The notes: generated by a model not told the origin, from the letters alone. 64,000 bases of DNA from Deltaproteobacteria bacterium (GCA_024279255.1 JAJRRT010000009.1:2670-66669); one strand, 5' to 3'; numbered from the stretch's first letter, positions 18,906 to 29,401 are shown. Numbers and translations: made by a program.

Positions 18906-20872
18906 TCATTGCATCTCCTTGGTGGTGTTGAGGAACAAGGGAGAACGAAGTGTCCGTCAAGATGTAATTTGACACTTACGAGTTGACGAATGATTTTGTT
19001 TAACTGAGCGATCTGTTGATTGTTCAGTGGTTCATCCCGATATACCGCCTTACCGAAAACTTGTGCAAATTCCTGACAGAGTGGTTCTTGACTCAACTCC
19101 GCCAGTTTATAGAGTCCGAGGTGTTGTGGCAGTTTTTTTAGCCCTGCAGATTTACAGACTCTGTGTTGATATTTTTTCAGTAATCTCTGTTGGCTGTTGA
19201 GACTATTCTGATTCCTTTTAGTTAAGATAACTGTTGCTATTATCAGGATTGTCCCGATCACCCACCAGAGAGCATTGCCAGGCAGGGAAGGCTGTAATTT
19301 GCGTAAACTGGTGCCAGTGGATAAAACGAGACTCATCTGCTTCTTTAGATCGTAGGTGATGACCAATCTGTTCCAGGCATTTTCAATATAGTCCGCAGCG
19401 GCCTGCGACCAGACAAAAGAACTGCGGGCCAACCCGGTGACAGCATCTCCTGCATTTATTGCGAGTCGACTAGGGTCGACCCTCTGCCAGCGGTTCTGAT
19501 CGTCGAGTGCTTCGACCCAGACGTGTGCCATATCTTCATCGACCAGATAGTACCCTCCCAGTTGATTATAGCGTCCTCCAAGATAGCCTCCGACCAGACG
19601 TGCCGGAACCCCGGTCAAGCGCAATAGTAATGCAAATGATGAGGCAAAATATTCACAGTAGCCGCGTTTGGTCTCAAAGAGGAAGGTTTCGACCGGATGA
19701 TCAGTGATTTGAAGGTTCTGTGCGGAGTAGGAGAGCTGTTGACGCCTGAAGAACTCTTGAACAGCCTGGACCTTAGCCTGACTACTCTCCTGTAAGGCGA
19801 CCTGGGAGACAACTGCAGCCATTTGCGATGAAACCTCTAGCGGGGTCTGCAGGTAATATTTACGATCTTGAGGTTTTTTAAGCTGCAGATAGCTGTTACG
19901 GGATGAACTAACTGTGAATCGGCTTTGTTTGCTGAGCCTGTGCTTCGCCTCAAATACCCCATCAGCAAAACGTTGGTTCGTTATTTCATCAATTTCAAGT
20001 GGCAGGTCGAGACCTGGAAGATAGCGGTCTGTACGAGACTCGCTGAAGATGACCTGTTTCTGATCAACGGCACCCATGATAATCATTTGATCCGCTGGAG
20101 GAAATTTGCTGCGCGACCAGTTTCGACCGTCTGTCTGGTTAAGCACCAACCCGCGCCAGTAGAGTTCCAGTGGGTCGATCTCGCTCATTTGAGCGCGAAA
20201 GGCAGGTTCTCCGCTGCTGCCAAGATTGGCAAGACTACCAGGTTTGACCTCTTCGCTGAAGCCGGATGTAGACTTGGACCCCGGATTGAGAAAGTTCCAG
20301 AGAGGGTACTGCGTACGCGGAAGAATTACGAAAAAGAAGAGCATCAGGAGTAGCGAACCGATCGGCATGATCGCGCCCGTGCGCAACAGACTCTGCCATT
20401 GTTTGCGGTTCAGGTACATTGAGGGGTCCGTTGCGTAGAAACTGGTCAACAGCAGACCGAAGGTCACCAGCCCCACCAGTAGTATCAGGCTGACGATGTA
20501 GCCGGAGCTCAGGCTGAGGAGTGAGGAAGCCGCGAGAATAAAGGTCGACAGGACAAATATCTGTAACAGATTTCGCCCTGATTTTTCGGTGATCAGACGT
20601 ACCGCGAGAAGCAGGACCAGCATATTGACCAGCGGCTCGACGATATTGTTGCGTGACATTTGTGCCAGGTAGAAAAAGAAGAAAACAAATGAGAGCAGGG
20701 TTGCTGGCAAAGGTGGAAGCAGTCTGCCATTGCGTCGGTCGATAATAAATCCGCTAATCAGCAAGCAAAAAATCGATACCTGAACTGGCAGGTCGAGATA
20801 GAAGAAGGCTGGAGCAACGCTGACCAACGTCACCAGGGTCGCAAACAACTGTAGGATTCTTTTAACGGCCAT
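18902..20872 (-). CDS. Membrane-bound transglutaminase-like protein (DUF3488 + TgpA-type catalytic domain)
   Basis: N-terminal TM helices, LYWRGLVL, RGYCEYFAS (Cys), AHVWVE (His), WQRVDP (Asp). Confidence 0.88.
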   Translation of the reverse strand: MAVKRILQLFATLVTLVSVAPAFFYLDLPVQVSIFCLLISGFIIDRRNGRLLPPLPATLLSFVFFFFYLAQMSRNNIVEPLVNMLVLLLAVRLITEKSGRNLLQIFVLSTFILAASSLLSLSSGYIVSLILLVGLVTFGLLLTSFYATDPSMYLNRKQWQSLLRTGAIMPIGSLLLMLFFFVILPRTQYPLWNFLNPGSKSTSGFSEEVKPGSLANLGSSGEPAFRAQMSEIDPLELYWRGLVLNQTDGRNWSRSKFPPADQMIIMGAVDQKQVIFSESRTDRYLPGLDLPLEIDEITNQRFADGVFEAKHRLSKQSRFTVSSSRNSYLQLKKPQDRKYYLQTPLEVSSQMAAVVSQVALQESSQAKVQAVQEFFRRQQLSYSAQNLQITDHPVETFLFETKRGYCEYFASSFALLLRLTGVPARLVGGYLGGRYNQLGGYYLVDEDMAHVWVEALDDQNRWQRVDPSRLAINAGDAVTGLARSSFVWSQAAADYIENAWNRLVITYDLKKQMSLVLSTGTSLRKLQPSLPGNALWWVIGTILIIATVILTKRNQNSLNSQQRLLKKYQHRVCKSAGLKKLPQHLGLYKLAELSQEPLCQEFAQVFGKAVYRDEPLNNQQIAQLNKIIRQLVSVKLHLDGHFVLPCSSTPPRRCND

Positions 20873-21704
20873 TATAGAGAGCCAGTTCGGTCAGTAAACG
20901 GCGTCGCTGGCCACCGCCTGATTGAGGTGGAATGAGCTTCCCTGCTAGTTTTAGTCCGACTGGATGATGGCGGCGCAGTTGGTTGATGGCCAGACTGGTT
21001 GCGCGACCTACGCGATTCTCAAGGCTACCGCCGAGTTGGTCAAAATCGATAATCACCGGTTGAGAGGCTAAGCCTTCGTGTTGTTTGACCTTGAAATTAT
21101 TATGCCGGGCCGAGAGTTTCCAATGGATAGACTTTAAGGGTTCACCCCCTTGATAGTCGTGGATGCAGCGCAGATCACCGTTATCTCCGCTGCTGGCACT
21201 GGCCGAATCTTGACGTTGCTCACTATAGCCGTTAGCGACCGGAGCAGGCTCTGGTTGTGGCTGGGGGAAAACAACGAAGGCCAGGTTAAGAGAAACTCTA
21301 AGCGAACGGACAAAGAAGTTGATCGGGAAGCAGGAGCTTATCCAGAGGCTGGCGATTTGATGATGACCCCGTTTAGAGAAGCTCAGGAGCAGGGTTCGTT
21401 CTTCATGACTGGCTGCACCGATCTGCGGGAAAAGAGGCTCATCATCACCTAGTCCCACGCGGATCAAAAAGGCCGGCAGTCGGCGTCGCTGGTTCAGTAC
21501 TCTGACCCCGATCAGGGTTGGCTGGCCGACAAAAATTTCTTGTGGCAGGACCAGGCGCAGGCTCAGGTTACGCAGGTTTTGTTGCCCGAGCCAGCCGGAG
21601 ACCGCCATGAAGCCAAGTAAGGCTGAAACCAGCAGGTAGAGCAGGTTATTGCCGGTATTGACCGCAGCAAAGCCGAGCAGCAGGGTCATGCCGACGTAAA
21701 CCAT
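20862..21704 (-). CDS. DUF58 domain protein
   Basis: AAVNTGNNLLYL, RGHH..SSCFPINFF, HDYQGGEPLKSIHWKLSAR. Confidence 0.88.
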   Translation of the reverse strand: MVYVGMTLLLGFAAVNTGNNLLYLLVSALLGFMAVSGWLGQQNLRNLSLRLVLPQEIFVGQPTLIGVRVLNQRRRLPAFLIRVGLGDDEPLFPQIGAASHEERTLLLSFSKRGHHQIASLWISSCFPINFFVRSLRVSLNLAFVVFPQPQPEPAPVANGYSEQRQDSASASSGDNGDLRCIHDYQGGEPLKSIHWKLSARHNNFKVKQHEGLASQPVIIDFDQLGGSLENRVGRATSLAINQLRRHHPVGLKLAGKLIPPQSGGGQRRRLLTELALYNGR

Positions 21705-21721
21705 CCCGGCACGAGTAAGTT

Positions 21722-22660
21722 TCAGGCCATAGGAACGGCCAGATTTTGCAGCAGCGATCTGACTATCTCCCTCTTGTTCTGATGTTCATGCTCGGGCTTA
21801 AGGATCAGTCGGTGAGCGGTGACGACCAGTGCTGTCGCCTGAACATCTTCGGGCGCGACATAATCGCGTCCATTCAGATAGGCTTCGGCCCGCGCAGCAT
21901 CGGCCAAGTTGATACCACCACGGGTCGAGATGCCGGATTGCACCATGGGATGACTACGACTCGCTTCTATCAGACTGTAAATATAGATGGCAACTTTTTG
22001 TGACAGATGAATCTGGGTGACGGCATCTCTGGCTTCAAGGATTTGGGTGCGGCCGAGCTTGGGGGTGAGCTGGTCGAGTTGATGACGTACGCTACCGCGC
22101 TGAATGATCTGCTGTTCAAGTTCGGCGGGGGGATAACCGATGTCGGTTGCGGCCAGAAATCGATCAAGCTGAGATTCGGGCAGGGCGAAGGTGCCGATCT
22201 GTTCCACCGGATTCTGGGTGGCGATTACCATAAAGGGATGGGGCAGACTGTAGGTGACCCCTTCAATTGTGACTCGCATCTCTTCCATCGCCTCGAGCAT
22301 GGCGCTCTGGGTTTTAGGCATGGCTCGGTTGACCTCGTCAAGCAGGACCAGATTATTGAAAACCGGTCCTTCAATAAACCGAAAGTTATTCTTTTCGCGG
22401 TCGAAGATCGAGAGCCCGGTGATGTCAGAGGGGAGCAGGTCACTGGTGCACTGAACACGACCGAAGCCGAGGCCAAGCACCTTTGAAAGAGCCAAGGCCA
22501 GGCTGGTCTTGCCCAGACCGGGGATATCCTCTATCAGCAGGTGTCCACCAGCCAGCAGGCAGATCATGGCGACCCGCAGCGCGCGAACCTTACCTTGCAA
22601 GGTGTTGTGGGCAAGGTCATCGATAATGGCCAGAATCGTGTCGCGGTGAGGTAGTGACAT
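21722..22660 (-). CDS. moxR: MoxR-family AAA+ ATPase
   Basis: HLLIEDIPGLGKT, QCTSDLLPSDITG, LLDEVNRA, ATQNP, LPESQLDRF. Confidence 0.95.
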   Translation of the reverse strand: MSLPHRDTILAIIDDLAHNTLQGKVRALRVAMICLLAGGHLLIEDIPGLGKTSLALALSKVLGLGFGRVQCTSDLLPSDITGLSIFDREKNNFRFIEGPVFNNLVLLDEVNRAMPKTQSAMLEAMEEMRVTIEGVTYSLPHPFMVIATQNPVEQIGTFALPESQLDRFLAATDIGYPPAELEQQIIQRGSVRHQLDQLTPKLGRTQILEARDAVTQIHLSQKVAIYIYSLIEASRSHPMVQSGISTRGGINLADAARAEAYLNGRDYVAPEDVQATALVVTAHRLILKPEHEHQNKREIVRSLLQNLAVPMA

Positions 22661-22758
22661 TGTCTCTCCAGTGTGAGTTTAAATATTATAGTACGTAAAT
22701 CGACTGTAGCGTTAGTTGTTGTCATTTCATTGGCAAAAAACAGCGACGCAGTGGTTTC

Positions 22759-22787
22759 TTGCGTAGAGAGCATTTGGGCCCTATGAT
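22759..22787 (+). promoter_or_regulatory. Sigma70 promoter of the acyl-CoA ligase gene
   Basis: TTGCGT, 17 nt, TATGAT. Confidence 0.55.
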
Positions 22788-22828
22788 AGTGAATATACGA
22801 AGAACTCTTCTTTTTAAGGTGATACCAA

Positions 22829-24736
22829 ATGCATAACTACAGCGAAATTGACTACGGAACCCTGTTCGATATGTTTCTCAACAGTCGACGTAACTACGCA
22901 GATCAGACTGCGTTTGTCTATCGCGCGGCAGGCACTGAGTTCAGTGTCAGTTATGAGAAACTCTACGAGGATGTGGTTATCCTGACGCGTGCTTTTGCTT
23001 CACGTGGCGTGAAAAAAAATAGTCGGGTGATGTTGCTGTCGGATAATCGCTACGGTTGGATTGTTACCGATATGGCACTGGTGGCGCTTGGTGCGATCAG
23101 CGTACCGCGCGGTAGCGATACCCCGACCATCGAGCTTGAATATATTCTTGAGCATTCCGGCAGTGAATTTCTGGTGATTGAGACCGCCGTCTTGCTGAAA
23201 ACCCATGAAGAGATGTTGAAGGGCCACAAGAAGCTGAAAGCCATCTTCCTGATTGAAGGGGAGAAGACTCATCGCTGGTTTGATCATATTTATAGTTTCA
23301 ATGATCTGCTCGAAGATCGCAGCTTGACTCAGAATGAGCTCGAAGAGTTCGCTGCGCGCCACCTGCAGATCAGTCAGGATGATCTGTTTACTCTGATCTA
23401 TACCAGCGGAACAACCGGGGTGCCCAAGGGGGTGCAGCTGACCCACCGCAATATCATGTACAACGTCCGTCATGTGCCACAACTGATTGGTCTGCTTGAG
23501 ACCGACCGCTTTGTTTCGATTTTGCCGAGCTGGCATATCTTCGAGCGGGCGGTAGAATATGTCGCGCTCTCCAAGGGTTGTTCTACGTTCTATTCGACGG
23601 TCAAGACCTTCGCTAGCGATCTTGAGAAATATCGACCGACTCTGGTCGCGACAGTGCCACGACTGTGGGAATCTTTACATGCACGGATTAATACCACCCT
23701 CGAAAAAGAGAGTCCTAAACGAGCAAAAATCTTTCGTACTCTGGTCAGAATTTCAACTACTACGAATCGGCAACGCAGAATTTTGCGTGATCAACTCCCG
23801 GTTTTTGAGAAAACTTTTTTTCTTCGCCGCTGGTTGCGTCAATTAAGAGCAGCGGGTTATCTGCTCCTGTTGGCGCTCCCCGATAAGTTGGCAAAATCAC
23901 GGTTGCAAGCGGTCCAGGTGAAATTTGGCGGTCATCTGCGCATGGCGATCAGCGGCGGAGGTAGCTTGCCGTCCTGGCTGGATGAGTGGATTGATGCGAT
24001 CGGTATCCGTATTGTCAATGCCTATGGCATGACCGAATGTGCTCCGGCGATTGCTGGCCGGGCGCTCAACTGTGCAACTTTTAGCACCTTGGGATTACCT
24101 GTCGAAGGAACCAAGCTTCGCATAGCCGATGAACAGGATCAGCCGCTGCCACCCGGAACCGAAGGGGAGATCCAGATGTTTGGTGATCAGCTCTTCCCCG
24201 GCTACGAAAACAACGAAGAAGAGAACAGCAAGGCATTTACCGCCGATGGTTTCTTTCGCACTGGTGATCTCGGCAAGCTAACCCTGCGCGGTGAATTGGT
24301 GATCACCGGTCGCTCTAAGGAGATCATTGTGCTGGCCAGCGGCGAGAATGTTGATCCCAGCCGGATCGAATCGACGATCACACGACTCCCCTTTGTCAAT
24401 GATGCTGTGTTAGTTGGGCAGGACAAAAAAGGCTTGGGTGCGCTGGTTGTTCCAGATTTCGACAAGCTGCGCGAGTTTGCTGCCAGTCGCCTGAATCTCA
24501 TCATTGAAAGTACTGAACAACTGCGTGGGAACCATCAGGTTCTCGAAAAGGTCCGAGCTGAAATGAATCGCCTGCTGCATAGTAAAAAAGGTTTTAAGCC
24601 CTTCGAAAAACTGCAGAATATCCACTTCTTGGAAGGCGAGTTTAAACCGGGTGAAGAGCTGACCAATACCCTGAAGAAGAAGCGTCATGTTATTGAGAAG
24701 AAATATCATGAATTGATCGGGAAATTACTTAAGTAG
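22829..24736 (+). CDS. Long-chain fatty acid-CoA ligase (AMP-binding, FAA1 type)
   Basis: IYTSGTTGVPKGVQLTH, AYGMTE, FRTGDLG, GRSKEIIVLASGENV. Confidence 0.92.
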   Translation: MHNYSEIDYGTLFDMFLNSRRNYADQTAFVYRAAGTEFSVSYEKLYEDVVILTRAFASRGVKKNSRVMLLSDNRYGWIVTDMALVALGAISVPRGSDTPTIELEYILEHSGSEFLVIETAVLLKTHEEMLKGHKKLKAIFLIEGEKTHRWFDHIYSFNDLLEDRSLTQNELEEFAARHLQISQDDLFTLIYTSGTTGVPKGVQLTHRNIMYNVRHVPQLIGLLETDRFVSILPSWHIFERAVEYVALSKGCSTFYSTVKTFASDLEKYRPTLVATVPRLWESLHARINTTLEKESPKRAKIFRTLVRISTTTNRQRRILRDQLPVFEKTFFLRRWLRQLRAAGYLLLLALPDKLAKSRLQAVQVKFGGHLRMAISGGGSLPSWLDEWIDAIGIRIVNAYGMTECAPAIAGRALNCATFSTLGLPVEGTKLRIADEQDQPLPPGTEGEIQMFGDQLFPGYENNEEENSKAFTADGFFRTGDLGKLTLRGELVITGRSKEIIVLASGENVDPSRIESTITRLPFVNDAVLVGQDKKGLGALVVPDFDKLREFAASRLNLIIESTEQLRGNHQVLEKVRAEMNRLLHSKKGFKPFEKLQNIHFLEGEFKPGEELTNTLKKKRHVIEKKYHELIGKLLK

Positions 24737-25149
24737 CTGTAGCCCCAGAGTCCACAGATAAATGGTAAAGTAAAGCCCCCATCAGTCGCAAGATGAGACG
24801 AAACAAAGAACCAGTACTCCTCTGAAAAGCCAATAAATTTGCGGGATCATTTCAACTAGAGATCAACCATGTCAGTGGCTGTCTACCCCACATGAAAATA
24901 TTTTTTTGGATTACAAAAAAACTACAGGCAACCGCAAAAAAAAATAATTGGAAAAATCGACACACAACGCAAGAAAAATACATTCTAAGGCAGCGCGGGA
25001 GGTTGATCTTTAGGTCGCATATACCGCAAGCTGGTAGTTGGGGTAACAACGCTTGCAACAAAACTTAAACCGTGGAGACATACAAACACCGTCTCGGAAA
25101 TGTGATCCGAGCAAGCCCCCAATTTAATTGACTAAGTTAAGAAGGAGAG

Positions 25150-25605
25150 TTGATTAAAATGACAATATTGAATTTTAAACAGATCCTGGAAGGGATCAGA
25201 GAAACCAAACAGGGCAATACTTTACGGGGGCTGCAATTATTGAACAGCTCTGTCAATGTCTCTAGTTTGCCGGAGGCTAAAGCTTGGTATGGCTATTGTC
25301 TGGCCAGAGAGAATAACAAATTCAGACAAGGTATTTCTCTGTGCAATGAGGCGAGACAGAAAGATCCGGACAGTTCAGACATCTGTCTGGCACTGGGACG
25401 AATCTATCTTCTGGCTGGCATCAGGAAGTCTGCCGTCAGTGCCCTTCAGACGGGGCTGAGTCTGGACAACAATCCGGAAATATACCGACTGTTAAATAGT
25501 ATCGGAATCCGCAAACCGCCAGTATTTAGCTTCTTGGATAGAAGCAGCAAGGTTAATGTAGCCTCTGGGCGGCTACTCTCCAGGGTAGGAATGCGTAAAG
25601 TCTGA
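25150..25605 (+). CDS. Tetratricopeptide-repeat-like protein
   Basis: AWYGYCLA..A...DPD..DICLALGRIYLLAG TPR pattern; GIRKPPVFSFLDR tail; GAAGGAGAG RBS. Confidence 0.7.
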   Translation: MIKMTILNFKQILEGIRETKQGNTLRGLQLLNSSVNVSSLPEAKAWYGYCLARENNKFRQGISLCNEARQKDPDSSDICLALGRIYLLAGIRKSAVSALQTGLSLDNNPEIYRLLNSIGIRKPPVFSFLDRSSKVNVASGRLLSRVGMRKV

Positions 25606-25715
25606 ACGGCGGATGTCACCATGGCCCCTGACAGCATATTGGATTGATGAAGAGTGGGGGCCTGCCGGTAACAATTATTTGGCGGCTAATGCGTCACGAA
25701 GAAAAAGGATAGTTT

Positions 25716-26198
25716 TTGTTATCTCCAGATATTATTAATATTACCCAGACCACACATTACCTCATGGAATATCCTAAAGATGAACGTGAAGTTCGAAAAG
25801 TGGTAGTTGCTGCAGGCACATGCAATGGTGTGCCGTTCGAGGCCATCGCAAAAAGCGATCCAGACTTCTCCGCCAGCCTAAGTCTGTTTCGTGAAGATGG
25901 AGATCAATTCTCAAAAATCGAATTTCAATCAATAAGAAGAGGGATCATCGGTGCCAAGGCGATGGAAACCTTTGATCTGAGAGGTGCTTCAGAAGCGAAG
26001 GGATATGAGTATTATTATGACCAGATGCACGAAAAATATTACGGCCAGAAAATTTATCTGAGAGTTCCTTTTAGCCGCAAAGACGAAGCGAAGGCACTTG
26101 GTGCAAAATGGGACAATTTGCTGAAAAAATGGTTTACATTTTCCAACTCTCCTAATCTTTTAAAGATTGAAAAATATTTCATTCGTGACAAACTTTAA
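25716..26198 (+). CDS. Hypothetical protein with C-terminal DUF5710-like domain
   Basis: C-terminal IYLRVPFSRKDEAKALGAKWD...KKWF; AT-rich; start codon uncertain. Confidence 0.6.
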   Translation: MLSPDIINITQTTHYLMEYPKDEREVRKVVVAAGTCNGVPFEAIAKSDPDFSASLSLFREDGDQFSKIEFQSIRRGIIGAKAMETFDLRGASEAKGYEYYYDQMHEKYYGQKIYLRVPFSRKDEAKALGAKWDNLLKKWFTFSNSPNLLKIEKYFIRDKL

Positions 26199-26388
26199 TC
26201 GACCTCAGGCGTATGTGACATTCGGTGACTGTGCGTGTGCTTTTCTGGCTACCTGGCCATCAACACGATAATTCCGCTTCCCCCATGCCGTTTCCTCGTC
26301 TATAACTGGTCAGTTAATACTTCCTCGGTTAAGATGCAAGGAGACGGGCGGGCTCTTTCGGCTCTGCCTCAGCCTAAAAGGGTTACCT

Positions 26389-29340
26389 ATGAGCAAGAAG
26401 AATTACTCCCCCGGGCAGAAATTGTCCGGTTTTGTTGTTGACCGTGTCGACGAAATTGCCGGTATCCAGGCCCGTATGATCCGCCTGCACCATGAAAAGA
26501 CCGGTGCCCGCTATATGCACCTGGCACGTGCCGACAGTAATCGCCTGTTCGGTGTGGCTTTTCGCACTCCGCCTGATGATTCTACCGGCGTCGCACATAT
26601 TCTTGAACATACCGCGCTCTGTGGTTCGGAGCGTTATCCGGTACGTGATCCTTTCTTTTCGATGCTCAAACGCAGCCTCAATACCTTCATGAACGCCATG
26701 ACAGCCAGTGACTGGACGCTTTATCCCTTCGCTAGTCAGAATCATAAGGATTTCGATAATCTGCTGTCGATCTATCTCGATGCAGCCTTCTTCCCCAACC
26801 TGAGCGAGCGTGACTTCTCGCAGGAGGGGCATCGTCTCGAATTTGCCGAGATGGAGAACCCGGATTCTCCATTGGTATATAAAGGGGTGGTCTACAACGA
26901 AATGAAGGGGGCAATGTCCGATCCTTCTTCGTTGATATCGCGCCGCCTGGGGCGTGCGCTCTACCCGACAACCACTTACCACCACAACTCGGGCGGTGAA
27001 CCTTCTGACATCCCCGATCTTAGCTGGCAGCAGCTACGTGATTTTCATGCCCGCTACTACCATCCTTCAAATGCATGGTGCTTCAGCTACGGGGATCAGG
27101 ACTTACCAGCGCTCCTCGAAAAAGTTGCAATTCAAGCCCTTGATCGTTTTGATAGAATCGAGCCGGATTCTGAGGTGCCACCCGAAATCCGCTTTACTGC
27201 GCCGAAGCAGGTGTGTGAAACATATCCGCTTGATGCCGGAGAAAATCTGGAAGGCCGCTCAATGGTGCAGCTAGCCTGGCTGACCTGCGACATCGATGAC
27301 AGCGTTGAACGACTGGGACTGTCGTTGCTGGCCACTCTGCTGTTGGGAAACCCCTCCACGCCGCTCTATAAGGCGCTGATCGACTCGGGCTTAGGTGCCA
27401 ACCTCTGCCCCGGTAGCGGTTTTCAGGATGATAACCGGACCACCTGTTTCGCGGCGGGTCTGCAGGGCACAGATCCGGATAAGCTGTCACAGATTGAAGC
27501 ATTGATTCTAGAGACGCTGGAAAACATCGCTACCGAAGGATTCTCCCCCGAGCGGATCGAAGGGGCGATTCATCGTCTCGAATTTTCCAATCGTGAGGTG
27601 ACCGGCGACAGCTATCCTTATGGCTTGTTACTGTTGATGCGGATGCTCGGCCCCTGGTTGCATGGTGGTGAACCCCTGGCGGCGCTCGATTTTGACGCAC
27701 AGCTCTTAGAGTTACGCAAAAAACTCGACGAAGGGCCTTATCTGCAGGATCTGATGCGGCGCTGGTTGATCGATAATCCACACCGTGTGACCCTGTTGTT
27801 AGAACCAGATCAAGAGCTGCGCGAACGAGAAGATCAGGCTCTTGCTGAAAAGCTGACCAAACTGGCAGCCAGCCTTGATGATGTGCAAAAACAGAAAATC
27901 ATTGATCAGGCCAAGGCCCTGCAACAGTCTCAGGAGGACGAGGAAGATCTCTCCTGTCTGCCGACCCTGGAGTTGAGTGATATTGAAAAGTGCGAGCCAG
28001 CGATCGTCTTGCGCGAGGAACAGCTTGCCGGAGTTCCATTGACTCTCTGTGATCAACCGACCAACGGCATCGGGTTTGTCGCGCTGAATCTCCCGATCGA
28101 CACCCTGTCTGTCGAATTACTGACTCTCTTGCCGATTTTCAGTGGGTTACTCACCCAGGTTGGCACCGGAAACTATACTTATGTCGAACTGGCGCAGCAA
28201 CTTGAAGCGGTTTCAGGTGGCGTAAGCGCACGGACTTCGTTGCTGGAAGATCCACAGGACAACTTGCAATATACTGCGAGTTTCGAGGTTAAAGCGAAGG
28301 CGCTGGAGCGCAATGCTGCGCCGCTGTGCGAACTGCTCGCTGAAATTCTGACCAGCGTTGATTTCTCTGACTTCGGACGCATTCGGCAGGTGCTTGATCA
28401 GATGCGGATCTCGCTGGCTAATTCGGTTCCTTCGTCCGGACATTCTTATGCTGCACGTGCCGCCGCTGCCCACTTGACGCCTGCTGCGAGGCTGAGAGAG
28501 CTTTGGTCGGGGCTGGAACAGGTAAGCTTGATTCAGAAACTGGCTGCGCAGACTGATGATGAGTTGCAGGAAACGGCAGATAGACTACAGCAGATTGCCG
28601 AATTACTCTTCACGCGTAGCGGGCTGCAGGTTTCACTGACCGCCAGCGCCGATCAGTTTGTCGCTTTTCAGAAACCGCTTGAAAAGCTCTTGCTGCGCCT
28701 CCCGGAACAGCGGCGTGCGACCTGTGTAACTTCTCAATTGAGTGAAGTTGCGCAACGTCAGGGCTGGATCTTTTCGGTGCCGGTCAGTTTTGTCACCCGG
28801 GTTTTCGCCGCCCCGGCTTACACTCACCCTGACAGTGCCGCATTGACCGTGCTGGCCAAACTGCTACGCGCTGAATATCTGCATCGCGAGATCCGGGAAA
28901 AAGGGGGGGCCTATGGCGGTCTGGCTGGCTATAATGCCGAAGCTGGGCTCTTTTCTCTCTTGTCTTATCGTGATCCCCATCTTGAACGTACTCTTCAGGT
29001 TTACAATGATGCTATTGATTGGGTTATTGGTGGAGGGTTCAGTGATCAGTCGGTTAAAGAGGCGATCCTCGGCGTCTTCAGTGATCTCGATAAACCGCTA
29101 TCGCCAGCAGGTAATGGTGCTCGCGAATTTGCCAACCGCAGGCAGGGGATGACTCTGGAGATGCGCAACCAGATGCGTCAGCAGTTAGTTGCGGTCGATT
29201 CTGTACAGTTAGTCGCGGTTGCAACCCGCTGGCTGGCTGGGGAGAATCGCAGTGCGATATCGGTGTTGTCAGGCGAGGAGGCACTCTCTGCCTTCAACAA
29301 AGCCCATCCGGAGCAAGCTCTGGAACTGAAACGCATCTGA
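26389..29340 (+). CDS. M16C (presequence-protease-like) zinc metallopeptidase
   Basis: Inverted zinc motif HILEH in GVAHILEHTALCGS, FMNAMT, VVYNEMKG, IREKGGAYG. Confidence 0.93.
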   Translation: MSKKNYSPGQKLSGFVVDRVDEIAGIQARMIRLHHEKTGARYMHLARADSNRLFGVAFRTPPDDSTGVAHILEHTALCGSERYPVRDPFFSMLKRSLNTFMNAMTASDWTLYPFASQNHKDFDNLLSIYLDAAFFPNLSERDFSQEGHRLEFAEMENPDSPLVYKGVVYNEMKGAMSDPSSLISRRLGRALYPTTTYHHNSGGEPSDIPDLSWQQLRDFHARYYHPSNAWCFSYGDQDLPALLEKVAIQALDRFDRIEPDSEVPPEIRFTAPKQVCETYPLDAGENLEGRSMVQLAWLTCDIDDSVERLGLSLLATLLLGNPSTPLYKALIDSGLGANLCPGSGFQDDNRTTCFAAGLQGTDPDKLSQIEALILETLENIATEGFSPERIEGAIHRLEFSNREVTGDSYPYGLLLLMRMLGPWLHGGEPLAALDFDAQLLELRKKLDEGPYLQDLMRRWLIDNPHRVTLLLEPDQELREREDQALAEKLTKLAASLDDVQKQKIIDQAKALQQSQEDEEDLSCLPTLELSDIEKCEPAIVLREEQLAGVPLTLCDQPTNGIGFVALNLPIDTLSVELLTLLPIFSGLLTQVGTGNYTYVELAQQLEAVSGGVSARTSLLEDPQDNLQYTASFEVKAKALERNAAPLCELLAEILTSVDFSDFGRIRQVLDQMRISLANSVPSSGHSYAARAAAAHLTPAARLRELWSGLEQVSLIQKLAAQTDDELQETADRLQQIAELLFTRSGLQVSLTASADQFVAFQKPLEKLLLRLPEQRRATCVTSQLSEVAQRQGWIFSVPVSFVTRVFAAPAYTHPDSAALTVLAKLLRAEYLHREIREKGGAYGGLAGYNAEAGLFSLLSYRDPHLERTLQVYNDAIDWVIGGGFSDQSVKEAILGVFSDLDKPLSPAGNGAREFANRRQGMTLEMRNQMRQQLVAVDSVQLVAVATRWLAGENRSAISVLSGEEALSAFNKAHPEQALELKRI

Positions 29341-29401
29341 ATTTTATGACGCGCTGGTCCCTATGGATCGCTGTTGTCTATTACAAAGAGAAATATAAAT
29401 A

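Noticed and set aside
24790-24812. GATGAGACGAAAC resembling a hammerhead ribozyme core
   Set aside because: No CUGA and no room for stem II; flanking stems not found
24926-25030. GGTTGCC on the minus strand as a possible GEMM riboswitch 3' end
   Set aside because: The upstream sequence is a T-rich tract with none of the aptamer consensus
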